Source: Candidatus Nomurabacteria bacterium
GTDB lineage: Bacteria; Patescibacteriota; Minisyncoccia; Phycocordibacterales; UBA918
Assembly: GCA_020632075.1 (NCBI GenBank)
Contig: JACKGH010000001.1
Span: forward strand, 42,133-106,132
Reading direction: 5' to 3'
Length of the DNA stretch: 64,000 nt
In this document: one piece after another, positions 19,533 through 29,110 of the stretch
How the letters are laid out: every line of letters begins with the position of its first letter
Position numbering within the stretch: the stretch's first letter is position 1
The notes under the pieces: generated by a model
Told to the model about the DNA's origin: nothing
Seen by the model: the letters and a program-made list of their open reading frames with translations, nothing else
Databases searched by the model: none
Program-made: the position numbers and the translations under genes

Positions 19533-20414
19533 ATGAGAAAAGTAACGATGAATAACAAAACTATAGTAATTGCCGTGTTTGTGCTTCTCCTTGGTGGACT
19601 AGCCTACTACACCGTTGGCTACAACCGCCACACGGACTCGAGCGACAGTCACGAAGCTATGATGGGTGCCCACGACGATGGCACCATCGAACCATATGAA
19701 ATCTACCCAGGTGATGTTGCTGAAAAAATTAAGAACAATGACAACATTGTCTTGCTTGACGTGCGAACACCTGAAGAATATGCCGAAAATCACCTCAAGG
19801 GTGCACTACTGCTTCCGGTACAAGAACTCTCACAGCAGTCACTGAATGCAATCGGACTCGGCGAAAACGCAAAAGACAAGGAGATCTACCTCTACTGTCG
19901 TAGCGGCAGTCGGAGTCAGACGGCGTATAACATCATGCGCTCGCTCGGGTACACCAACATTAAAAGTGTGGCTGGTGGTATGATCCACTGGGAAGAAGAC
20001 AACTACCCATTTACTGAGTCAGGTGTATACGAAGGAAATCAAATGATGAACGGTGAGACTATGATGCCGGACGATGCTACTGGCCCTCACATTACCTTTA
20101 ATCAAACCAGTCACGACTTTGGGGTTATTCCGCAATACGGTGGCAAGGTTGAAACGACCTTCACGGTCACAAATACCGGCAAAGAGACGTTACAGATTGG
20201 CGACCTAACGACGAGCTGCAGCTGTACGAGCGCAATGATCGCGGAAACCTCTATTGAACCCGGTAAAAGTACAACTCTGACAGTGGTGTTCGATCCAAAC
20301 TTCCACGAGGAACCGCTTGATGTCTTTAAACGTACCGTCTTTATTCCTACCAACGACCCCCGAAATCCTGAAGCAGAAGTCTCAATCACTGTCGATATTG
20401 CAGAGGGTCAGTAA
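19533..20414 (+). CDS. Rhodanese-domain protein with a C-terminal DUF1573-like beta-sandwich domain.
   Basis: N-terminal TM, a rhodanese core LLDVRTPEEYAENHLKGA...YCRSGSRS (active-site Cys), then FGVIPQYGGKVETTFTVTNTGKETLQIGDLTTSCSCT. Confidence 0.65.
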   Translation: MRKVTMNNKTIVIAVFVLLLGGLAYYTVGYNRHTDSSDSHEAMMGAHDDGTIEPYEIYPGDVAEKIKNNDNIVLLDVRTPEEYAENHLKGALLLPVQELSQQSLNAIGLGENAKDKEIYLYCRSGSRSQTAYNIMRSLGYTNIKSVAGGMIHWEEDNYPFTESGVYEGNQMMNGETMMPDDATGPHITFNQTSHDFGVIPQYGGKVETTFTVTNTGKETLQIGDLTTSCSCTSAMIAETSIEPGKSTTLTVVFDPNFHEEPLDVFKRTVFIPTNDPRNPEAEVSITVDIAEGQ

Positions 20415-20420
20415 TCATTA

Positions 20421-20921
20421 ATGAAAATAATACCTATGAACAAATACACTATTGGTGCGATCTTGCTGGGAACCATTCTGTTGCTGGTAATGGTCTCGAC
20501 CCAGAGCAACAACGCTGGACAAGCAGCCACCAAACAATCAGCCACATCTATCATCACTGTTACGGGAGACAAATATGACTTCGGTACAATTGATATCTTT
20601 GGCGGCAAAGTACATACAACTTACATGCTCAAAAATGAAGGACCCGATGATGTCACTATCACCAACGCCCAAACGAGCTGTATGTGTACCGAAGGCGAAA
20701 TAGACGGTTATACATTCGGTATGCATGGTAGTAACGTGCACAACATTGTCATCCCGGCCGGTGCAGAAAAAGAAGTGACCGCCACCTTCGACCCACTCGC
20801 TCATGGTCCGAATGGTACCGGTAAGATCACTCGAGAATTGGTCCTTAAGACCAACTCCACTGCTTCACCGGAAGTACGAATGATGTTCAATGGAGACGTC
20901 GCTAAAAATGAAAACAATTAA
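20421..20921 (+). CDS. DUF1573-like secreted protein.
   Basis: Signal/TM followed by YDFGTIDIFGGKVHTTYMLKNEGPDDVTITNAQTSCMCT, a paralog of the upstream C-terminal domain. Confidence 0.55.
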   Translation: MKIIPMNKYTIGAILLGTILLLVMVSTQSNNAGQAATKQSATSIITVTGDKYDFGTIDIFGGKVHTTYMLKNEGPDDVTITNAQTSCMCTEGEIDGYTFGMHGSNVHNIVIPAGAEKEVTATFDPLAHGPNGTGKITRELVLKTNSTASPEVRMMFNGDVAKNENN

Positions 20922-21321
20922 TCAGAAAAAACCTATGCAATACGGCTATTCAAAACAAGTAGCGCTACCCTTTACGGAAGCGGTGACAAAAACTAAAGAC
21001 GCACTGGCAGTGGAAGGTTTCGGGGTGCTCACTGAGATTAATGTTGCTGCCACGCTGAAGAAAAAACTCGATATTAATTTCAATCAGTACGTCATATTTG
21101 GTGCGTGTAACCCGGCGTTTGCCCACCAAGCACTCGAGGCAGAACCAGAGATTGGTCTACTACTTCCGTGCAACGTAATTGTTTACGAGCGCGACGGCAG
21201 TGTGCATGTCTCCGCCATTCTGCCAACGGTCGCCATGCAAATGGTTAAAAACGACTCATTACACGAAATCGCAACTGCAGTTGAAGCAAAGCTTAAAACT
21301 GTTGTTGACGCAATCGCATAA
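20908..21321 (+). CDS. DUF302-family protein.
   Basis: YGYSKQVALPFTEAVTKTKDALAVEGFGVLTEINVAATLKK...ILPTVAMQM is typical of DUF302. Confidence 0.55.
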   Translation: MKTINQKKPMQYGYSKQVALPFTEAVTKTKDALAVEGFGVLTEINVAATLKKKLDINFNQYVIFGACNPAFAHQALEAEPEIGLLLPCNVIVYERDGSVHVSAILPTVAMQMVKNDSLHEIATAVEAKLKTVVDAIA

Positions 21322-21326
21322 ACCTA

Positions 21327-22090
21327 TGAATGAAGAACAACAAACAACCAAAGTTACCGCTATGCCAGTAAGGACAAATTACCTCATTCCGCTTTCGATC
21401 GTAATCGCCGGGGCACTCATTGGGGCTGGACTTTATTTCAGTGGCAGCGCCACGTCATCAACTGTTCAAGCAAATAAAGCAGCTGTGGCTACTCCGCAAC
21501 CAGCCGTTGAGCAAGGTTCACCAGAGAAAGTAAATCCAGTTACCGCAACCGATCATATCAAAGGTTCACCTGATGCAGCGGTAAAGATTGTTGAGTATTC
21601 GGACTTTGAATGTCCATTCTGCAAACGTTTCCACGACACCATGAATCAGATAATGGAACAGTATGGCAATTCGGATGACGTAGCGTGGGTATACCGCCAC
21701 TTTCCACTTGACCAACTACATAGCAAAGCGCGACCAGTTGCAGTGGCATCTGAGTGTGCTAATGAGCAAGGTGGCAACGATACGTTCTGGAAATTTACTG
21801 ATCGTTACTTTGCACTTACCAAGTCGAATAATCAGACCGATATTCAAACCGTAATCCCGCAGATTGTAAATGAACTTGGTCTTAATACCACTGCTTTTCA
21901 AAGTTGTTTCGAAAGTGGAAAGTATGATGACCATATCCAGGCCGATGTACAGAACGCTATTGATACTGGTGGGCGTGGCACCCCATGGAGTATTGTCATT
22001 GCTCCAAATGGAAAGACCTTTCCACTGAATGGAGCGCTGCCACTCGAAGCCGTAAAGCAATTGATCGAACTGGCAAAGAAAGAACAATAA
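21327..22090 (+). CDS. DsbA-like thioredoxin-fold thiol:disulfide oxidoreductase, membrane-anchored.
   Basis: N-terminal TM, then KIVEYSDFECPFCKRFH containing a CxxC. It is a paralog of 58953..59711. Confidence 0.75.
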
Positions 22091-22093
22091 GCA

Positions 22094-22654
22094 ATGCTGC
22101 GAACACTCGGTACAGTCTTTAAACAACCACGGTATATACTCGTAGCGACACTCGTTGCGGTGAGTGTATTCGTGTTTGCAGTCTGGTTACCAAATGTCAG
22201 TTTGATAGCTTCTGTTCTTACGTCAAATGTGGGTACCTCTGCGGAGAAGGTGACTTTTCTGTTTAGCCTATTAGGCTCACTTACTACCAACTTCACGGTT
22301 CTATCTGCTGGTACGACCATTGTGGTGGCGATACTCTTTGGTATGAATGTCGCATTACTTCTGTACTACATCCAGAAAGTTAGAGTTAGAACATCAAGCA
22401 TTAGCTCCTTTAGTGGTATGGGTGTAGCTGGTGTCATAAGTGGCTTCTTGGGGGTCGGGTGTGCAGCATGCGGAACCTTTATCTTAAGTTCCGTACTGGT
22501 GCTGATTGGAGCTGGTGGAATATTAGTATACTTACCATTCGGAGGAAAAGAATTCGGAGTCATTGGTATTGCTCTACTGTTAGTAAACATTCACCAGTTA
22601 CTTAAAAAGATCAATACCAGTCTTACCTGTGAGACAAATTTATTTAGGAAGTGA
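22094..22654 (+). CDS. Four-TM membrane protein with an intramembrane CxxC (GVGCAACG) and a C-terminal Cys; conserved partner of the DsbA-like gene.
   Basis: Four hydrophobic helices, GFLGVGCAACGTFIL, and C-terminal TSLTCETN. It is a paralog of 59717..60271. Confidence 0.5.
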   Translation: MLRTLGTVFKQPRYILVATLVAVSVFVFAVWLPNVSLIASVLTSNVGTSAEKVTFLFSLLGSLTTNFTVLSAGTTIVVAILFGMNVALLLYYIQKVRVRTSSISSFSGMGVAGVISGFLGVGCAACGTFILSSVLVLIGAGGILVYLPFGGKEFGVIGIALLLVNIHQLLKKINTSLTCETNLFRK

Positions 22655-22671
22655 ATTAGAAAGATAAAATT

Positions 22672-24306
22672 ATGAAACGACTACTCATTATTATTGTGGC
22701 TGTGTTACTTTTAGGTGCTGCGTTTTGGTACCTGAATCAAAATGACACGATTACTACCAGCCACCTAGATACAACTGGTTACAATAACATTCAATCTGCT
22801 AGTGATTTAACGAAACTCACTGACGAACAGGTGGCAACTGTCCGCCCTACTGAAGTAGTGGAACTAAAAGACGGTGATACTTATAACTTAACTGCTTCGA
22901 TTGTGAAGCAAGAGGTTGGTAATCGAGAGGTAAAACGATTGGCATACAATGGGCAAATCCCAGGGCCAATCCTTAAAGCACCAAAAGGATCAACTGTAAC
23001 CATTAACTTTACCAATAACATCGACATGCCAACCGCGCTGCACTCACATGGCATTCGAGGTGATTACAAAATGGACGGCGCAGCACCACTCTCACAAGAC
23101 CCTATTCCGGTTGGTGGAACCTTCACGTATAAAATCACCTTCCCTGACACTGGTGTGTTTTGGTATCATCCGCACGTTCGAGAAGACTACCAGCAAGACA
23201 TGGGTCTCTATGGGAACATGGTCGTAACGGAACCTGGCTACTGGAATGATGTCGATCAAGAAGAATATCTAATCGTCGATGATGTACTCGAAAATGGTGA
23301 CTATAGTCCGACAATTGTCACCAACACCATGATGGGTCGTTTTGGTGACACGCTACTCATTAACGACCAAACAAATTACACACTTACGGTAAAACAAGGT
23401 CAGATAACACGACTTAACTTCACCAACGTAGCCAACACACGTACTTTTGATTTGTCGCTCACAGGCGCTGAAGTAAAAATGGTTGGTGGTGATATAGGTA
23501 GAATTGAAAAAGAGAAAATGGTTGACGATGTCATTATTGCGCCGGCCGAACGGTATGTTGTTGAGGTCTTCTATAAAGATTCGGGCACGTATGCCATCCT
23601 GCATCGTGGTAAGAAAATCGGTACGGTAGTAGTAGAGCCAAGCTCTGAAAATAAACAGGCACAATTTGCAGTCTTGGCTGAACATGCGGCGGATTACTCA
23701 GACATTCGCACAAATCAAACAGCACTACTCGCCAAGGCACCGGATAAACGTCTCCGTCTTGATGTAGACTTGATGGGACAGATGGGTGACATGATGTCAG
23801 GCGGAATGATGGATAACAACAACGAAGCACTGCGGGAACACTGTAAGCTCATGCCCGAAATGCATGGTTGCGAGCAGTTCACTACAGAGAATGGTGGTGA
23901 GCCTGGAGCTGGTATTGAGTGGGAAGATGATATGGCAATGATGAATAGGGTGAGCACAGACAAAAACACAACCTGGATCATTGAAGATCAAGATACCAAA
24001 AAACAAAACGAGGATATTAACTGGTCCTTCAAACAAGGCGACCTGGTAAAAGTACGCATTTACAACGACGAAAAAGGCGAACACCCAATGCAACATCCAA
24101 TTCACTTTCATGGACAACGTTTTGTTGTTCTGGCACGTAATGGACAGTTGAATGACGACTTGCAATGGAAAGACACGGTCCTGATTCCAAAGGGTCAGAC
24201 AGTCGATCTTCTAGTTGACATGAGTAATCCAGGAGAATGGATGGCACATTGTCACATTGCAGAACACTTGCACTCAGGGATGATGTTCCAGTTTAAGGTT
24301 GAGTAA
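22672..24306 (+). CDS. Multicopper oxidase (CopA/CueO/laccase-like).
   Basis: Signal peptide plus four Cu-binding motifs HSHG, WYHPH, HPIHFHG and HCHIAEHLHSGM. Confidence 0.85.
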   Translation: MKRLLIIIVAVLLLGAAFWYLNQNDTITTSHLDTTGYNNIQSASDLTKLTDEQVATVRPTEVVELKDGDTYNLTASIVKQEVGNREVKRLAYNGQIPGPILKAPKGSTVTINFTNNIDMPTALHSHGIRGDYKMDGAAPLSQDPIPVGGTFTYKITFPDTGVFWYHPHVREDYQQDMGLYGNMVVTEPGYWNDVDQEEYLIVDDVLENGDYSPTIVTNTMMGRFGDTLLINDQTNYTLTVKQGQITRLNFTNVANTRTFDLSLTGAEVKMVGGDIGRIEKEKMVDDVIIAPAERYVVEVFYKDSGTYAILHRGKKIGTVVVEPSSENKQAQFAVLAEHAADYSDIRTNQTALLAKAPDKRLRLDVDLMGQMGDMMSGGMMDNNNEALREHCKLMPEMHGCEQFTTENGGEPGAGIEWEDDMAMMNRVSTDKNTTWIIEDQDTKKQNEDINWSFKQGDLVKVRIYNDEKGEHPMQHPIHFHGQRFVVLARNGQLNDDLQWKDTVLIPKGQTVDLLVDMSNPGEWMAHCHIAEHLHSGMMFQFKVE

Positions 24307-24422
24307 CTGGGAGTAAAAATTGAAAGGACTATAATTACTGCTGTAAAAAATAAAGAAAAAGCGCCATTGTCGGCGTTTTTTCTTTTTTAACGATAAGTTT
24401 CAATTTTGTTATACTTGCAACC

Positions 24423-25868
24423 ATGAGTGAGTTGTATGCACAAACATTAAAGTATTTTCACCTTGCAATCACGGAATTCTTACCGACTCTTAGAGAGTTG
24501 TGTGATAACGTAACAGATGCCACCGTAAGAGAAGAGATAGAAGATTTAATTGAGGCATATGAAGATATTGATGCCAAGATAGAATCTCATGGTCTTAATT
24601 ACGATGACCCTAATCGTTCTTACGATGGAGAGCCTGATGAGATCAAAATTGATATCCCAGACGAAATGATTAAAAACTTGGCTCGTCTTTCTCATCGGCT
24701 ACTCTTTGCTTGGAAAAAACGACTTGTAAAACTTCAAAGAAAAACATATCTCACTGACGCTAACAAGGACGAAATTTACAAACTAGAGAATCTAATCTGG
24801 CCAATAGAGGCTTTACTGAAGGCTGAGTCTTATGTTCTGGGCAAATACGCTAATCTAGGTCCTTTGACTTTTCCTGGGGAAACCTCTGATCATGAAGGTG
24901 GAGTGACAAAAAGACTACATGATTTGCTTGAGCAGATTCATTCTTGTTACTCCTTGGGTGATGCAGGAGTTCTAGAGGGACAGCGTTTATCTGACACAGA
25001 AGAGCATGTGAGAACACAAATGACAGAAATTGCAGACGCTGTTGGTAACGAGGTTTTTCAGTTAAAGGTTAAAAAGCTTAACTCTGGATGGAGAACTATG
25101 CTGAAGAGTGGTTTTCATAATAGAAAGACGGCCGAATCTAAGCTTGCTGAGTGGGAGTCAATAATTAATGACATCTTGAAAAATCTTCATCCAGTAGATT
25201 CAGTTGAAAATATTGTAAAGACAATTAAGAATCGTCTAAAAACCGAAGACTTATTTGTTGAGAGTCGGTCTCAGGATGAAGACCAACATCTCCTTATAGG
25301 TAAAAGGGATGGTAGTCCAGAAAAGGCCCATCTGATCATTGACGGAAAGACCGGCGAGATCCGTGTTGAGGACAATCAGCAAGAACCAACTGAATTGATC
25401 AGTAAGATTGAATCGGTTCTCACACTACGTGATGGTAGAAAAATCAGATCAACACGGGAGTCTCTAGAAGAGATTTCAGATCACGATGCAAAACGACCAA
25501 AATTAGATTTGGAGACAAATTTTTCGGTTTCTGGAAGCAGTGCCGGAAACTTCCTAAAGTTTAAAGTTAAAAACGATGGAGAGGAATCTGCTGTTGATGT
25601 TAAAGCCATTTTTGTAGCCGATGGAGAAGAGGTGGAGAAAATTAGCGTTGCACACAGCATTTCACCAACACAATGTAGTCCTGAAATAAACTATCGTTAC
25701 ACAGATACAATGCTCTTTAATAGTCAGATATCTGATGCGAGAGTAAAATTTGAATACAAGGATCGCGCTGGCAATACTTACTTGTCAGGACGGAAACTCA
25801 TTCAAAATGATCGTGCTGACGGAAGATTTAATATACAAAGTAGACCCGGTGACTATTTTGAAGAATAG
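24423..25868 (+). CDS. Hypothetical protein (481 aa), acidic, no recognised domains.
   Basis: Long AT-rich ORF. It is convergent with the recombinase gene and overlaps it by 16 bp. Confidence 0.5.
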   Translation: MSELYAQTLKYFHLAITEFLPTLRELCDNVTDATVREEIEDLIEAYEDIDAKIESHGLNYDDPNRSYDGEPDEIKIDIPDEMIKNLARLSHRLLFAWKKRLVKLQRKTYLTDANKDEIYKLENLIWPIEALLKAESYVLGKYANLGPLTFPGETSDHEGGVTKRLHDLLEQIHSCYSLGDAGVLEGQRLSDTEEHVRTQMTEIADAVGNEVFQLKVKKLNSGWRTMLKSGFHNRKTAESKLAEWESIINDILKNLHPVDSVENIVKTIKNRLKTEDLFVESRSQDEDQHLLIGKRDGSPEKAHLIIDGKTGEIRVEDNQQEPTELISKIESVLTLRDGRKIRSTRESLEEISDHDAKRPKLDLETNFSVSGSSAGNFLKFKVKNDGEESAVDVKAIFVADGEEVEKISVAHSISPTQCSPEINYRYTDTMLFNSQISDARVKFEYKDRAGNTYLSGRKLIQNDRADGRFNIQSRPGDYFEE

Positions 25869-27196
25869 ATGTTGATTTGCTTATCTTGTAGCACAAGTTT
25901 GCTTTTTAAACAGCCCAGTAACTCTCGTTTTTCATAAATTGGTCTCTTTCTTAGAATGTGCTTAGCGTAATTCCGTATATCAATATCTCTCACACTCACT
26001 TTAGTTGAATCTTCTCCTAACACTGATTTCTGGAACTCATTGTGTGCTTCTAGCTCGGCTTTGATACGATCTTTCATACCAATTTCATCGAGTGAGATTG
26101 TGTCGAGTAGTTGCGCTAGTTGCTCAATCAAATCTTCTTCTCTGATGTAGCCACACTTACAGTGTTTATCGTGGAATTTGCTACAACCGTAGTAGACGTA
26201 GCGATGTGTATTGCCGTTTTTCTGTGTCTTGAATTTTTCGTCAGCGCTTATGGTCGAACCGCAGAGTCCGCAACTAATCATCTTAGTGAAGGCGAATTCT
26301 TTGTTTTGAGTTCTTACTACGTGTTCGTTGGTGAGTCTGTTTTGAACTGCCTTGTACAACTCTTTTGAAATTATTGGGTCATGTTTACCTTTGTACCAGT
26401 TACCGCTACCTTTTGGATACTCAAATTCTCCATAATAGAAGGTGTTTTTGAGGATGATATACACGTTGCTAAGCGTGAGTGGTTTTCCGTTCTTTGTTGC
26501 AAACCCTAAGTCGTCCCGAAGCCAGTGGAATATCTTTCGTCCAGACCAGCCATTGTATGCGACCTTCTCAAATATTTGTTTGATGACGTCTGCTCGTTGT
26601 TCATCAATAATCACTTCGCATTTTCGATTCCTGTCAGGATGATTGAGGTATCCAGTCGGTGCGACTGCGGGCCACAGTCCCATTTCACACCGTGCCTTGA
26701 GACCTCGCTTCACATTGACCACCTTGTTGTCATTCTCAAGCTTCGCCTGTGACCCAAGGATCATGAGAAGGAATTTTTCGTTCGGATTGTTCGTGAATCG
26801 TTGTCCGAAGGTGCGGATTTCGTGCAACAATCCTTGGTCCATGAGATCGACGACCGATCCGAGATCTCCTGCGTTACGGGAGAGACGGTCTGGTGCCCAG
26901 GTCAAAATACCGTTAAACTTGCCACTCCTGATCTCAGCAAGTAGCTCGTTGTATATGGGTCGCTGACCAACCTCTTTCGAGGAATGTGATTCACGTTTGA
27001 TTTCAGTAACGTTGAGTTGCTCACGGGAGGCAAGATCAAGCATCTCCCGTACCTGTGATTCGATCGAGAGGGCTTGTTTATCCTCCTGTTCCGTTGATTT
27101 TCGTGCGTAGAGGCAGTACCTGACGGTTGTTTGTACCTCCACTTTTTTCTCTGTCACCAGAGCGTTGCTTGCGTATGTCTCCATTACCACAATCAA
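25853..27196 (-). CDS. Large serine recombinase (phage integrase-type).
   Basis: Resolvase catalytic domain YCLYARKSTEQED...SIESQ, a recombinase domain, and a zinc ribbon CGLCGS...YYGCSKFHDKHCKCG. Confidence 0.85.
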   Translation of the reverse strand: MIVVMETYASNALVTEKKVEVQTTVRYCLYARKSTEQEDKQALSIESQVREMLDLASREQLNVTEIKRESHSSKEVGQRPIYNELLAEIRSGKFNGILTWAPDRLSRNAGDLGSVVDLMDQGLLHEIRTFGQRFTNNPNEKFLLMILGSQAKLENDNKVVNVKRGLKARCEMGLWPAVAPTGYLNHPDRNRKCEVIIDEQRADVIKQIFEKVAYNGWSGRKIFHWLRDDLGFATKNGKPLTLSNVYIILKNTFYYGEFEYPKGSGNWYKGKHDPIISKELYKAVQNRLTNEHVVRTQNKEFAFTKMISCGLCGSTISADEKFKTQKNGNTHRYVYYGCSKFHDKHCKCGYIREEDLIEQLAQLLDTISLDEIGMKDRIKAELEAHNEFQKSVLGEDSTKVSVRDIDIRNYAKHILRKRPIYEKRELLGCLKSKLVLQDKQINIYSSK

Positions 27197-27240
27197 TGAC
27201 GCAATACCCTGAAGGAGTCTAGGGCATCTGAAGTTGGTAA

Positions 27241-28710
27241 CTAAATCGCATCTGGGCGTCCGATGCCTGCAGTGGCGACTCGAGGGCTGTCTTCAAGAAT
27301 TCTAAGAACGACAATTGCGAAAGCGTCTGCAAGGTCATCATGCGTCTCTTTCCCAAAGCCAACCATTTGTTCGATCAGTTCCTCACATCCGACATCGGGG
27401 AAAAGAATCCTGCCTTCTTTTATGAATGAGGTGGTGAGGCGAAGTCGAGCGCCTTTGTCAGCACGCCCAGTCGGTACTCCGACCACATCGTAACGGTTCG
27501 TATCTAAGACCTGTACGAGTGCTCTTTGGTATCCAACGTCCTCAATGTACAGCTTCACACGGTAGCATTTGTCTTTATGTACTGCGTGCAATGCTTTGAT
27601 ATGTTCGACCTGTTCGGGAAAAGTTAATTGCGCGTTCGTGGGATTGGGTTGAATGTATATCTTCATATTCTTCCCATACCCGTAGACGTAGCCGACCACC
27701 ATAGCGGTACAGTCGGCAGAACTTTTCTCACTGATCGCCAAGTCCACCCCAATGGCAATCTGGTGTAACCCTTGGGATGGGAGTGATGAGTACGTTTGAA
27801 TCCATTGTGGTTGTACCACCTGTTCTGCAGTCGAGATGATTTTCAGCATGTATTCGCGGTACCATGACACCTCGTCACCAGTTTTCTCTTTTTCTGCTTC
27901 AACACTCTCTGTGTCGGGATATTTTCCCGGCCATAGCGGGTTATTATCGACATCTACAATCGGGTATTCACGATACATAGCATTGAGGGAATTCATCTCA
28001 CCAGCTTCTATCTTTCGCTGTAGTCGCTTCAGTACCGAATCCTCATGGAGCAGGTTCCCAACAGCGATGATACGTGTGCGCCTACTACCGGCTGGTATCA
28101 TCTCCCCTGTGAGCCAATCGAATGTCTTGTTTCGTCCCTCACGTGTCTTTACTGAATTAATGTCTTCAATGTCATCAAGGATGATCAGGTCTGGTCGATG
28201 TTCACCGTGACGCATACCACGGATGCTCTGCTCGACTGATGTGATCATGATCTTCACGTTGAGCCGTTTGATAATGAGTGCAGTAGCATTCCCAAGACTG
28301 TTCCGTTCTTCTTCAAACGGCCCAAGGTCTCGCTTGAGGAGTTCGTTGTGCAGAAGTTCGTTTTTTATGTTTGTGAGATATGCCCGCGCCTTTTGTTCGG
28401 TTTGCCCTGCAATGACGATGAATTTACGCTGTTGAACGCCTAAAATCGCCCACAGCACGTATGCAGTGGTGATAATGGTGGATTTAGCTGATCCTCGAAA
28501 CGCAACGATCACCGCAAGCTTCACGCTTTCATCTTGTAGGATGCGGAAGAGGTCAACATGGAAGGGTGCAACCTCATACTCAATGTATTTGTGAAAGTAG
28601 ATCGGAAAAAAGTGTTCGAAGCTTTTTTGCACGAGGTTTCGACGAAGCGAATGGTCGGAGAGTACTTTATCGAAAAAGTCTTCGACACTACTTTTCTTTT
28701 TTCTTGCCAT
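27241..28710 (-). CDS. Phage terminase large subunit.
   Basis: ATPase Walker-A-like AFRGSAKST, a C-terminal RNaseH-like nuclease region with acidic residues (DVGYQ, HDDLADAF), and adjacency to a terS-like gene. Confidence 0.65.
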   Translation of the reverse strand: MARKKKSSVEDFFDKVLSDHSLRRNLVQKSFEHFFPIYFHKYIEYEVAPFHVDLFRILQDESVKLAVIVAFRGSAKSTIITTAYVLWAILGVQQRKFIVIAGQTEQKARAYLTNIKNELLHNELLKRDLGPFEEERNSLGNATALIIKRLNVKIMITSVEQSIRGMRHGEHRPDLIILDDIEDINSVKTREGRNKTFDWLTGEMIPAGSRRTRIIAVGNLLHEDSVLKRLQRKIEAGEMNSLNAMYREYPIVDVDNNPLWPGKYPDTESVEAEKEKTGDEVSWYREYMLKIISTAEQVVQPQWIQTYSSLPSQGLHQIAIGVDLAISEKSSADCTAMVVGYVYGYGKNMKIYIQPNPTNAQLTFPEQVEHIKALHAVHKDKCYRVKLYIEDVGYQRALVQVLDTNRYDVVGVPTGRADKGARLRLTTSFIKEGRILFPDVGCEELIEQMVGFGKETHDDLADAFAIVVLRILEDSPRVATAGIGRPDAI

Positions 28711-29110
28711 AGTGATTTACGGACGAGAGCCGAAGCGCCTCTTTTATGAGACGCTTTTGCTCTTTCGTTAATGGTTCATCAGTCGATACCTTTCCTGAAA
28801 TCTCAAGCTTGTTGCTGTACCGAGAATTGTGCGTGGTCAAATACAAGCGAATTGCTTTAAACTCTCGATCACCAATAAGAGAAAACAGTTGATTCTCCGC
28901 AACATCAGACATAAACGTTCGACCCTCAACAAGCGCATCTTCGACCTGTTTTTTGAAACGCTTGTTGCTATTGATCCAGCGATACACAGTGGCTCGACCA
29001 ACACCCACTTTCTGACATGCTGTCTCGATGGTTGGGGTACGTTTAAGTTGCTCAAGAAACGCTTCCTTGAGTTTCTTTTGCCGAGCGTGAATAGTGTCAC
29101 GCCTGCTCAT
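28688..29110 (-). CDS. Terminase small subunit-like HTH protein.
   Basis: MSRRDTIHARQKKLKEAFLEQL...TACQKVGVGRATVYRWI has a HTH and sits upstream of TerL. The start was chosen at the internal Met to avoid overlap with the MTase. Confidence 0.5.
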   Translation of the reverse strand: MSRRDTIHARQKKLKEAFLEQLKRTPTIETACQKVGVGRATVYRWINSNKRFKKQVEDALVEGRTFMSDVAENQLFSLIGDREFKAIRLYLTTHNSRYSNKLEISGKVSTDEPLTKEQKRLIKEALRLSSVNHYGKKKEK

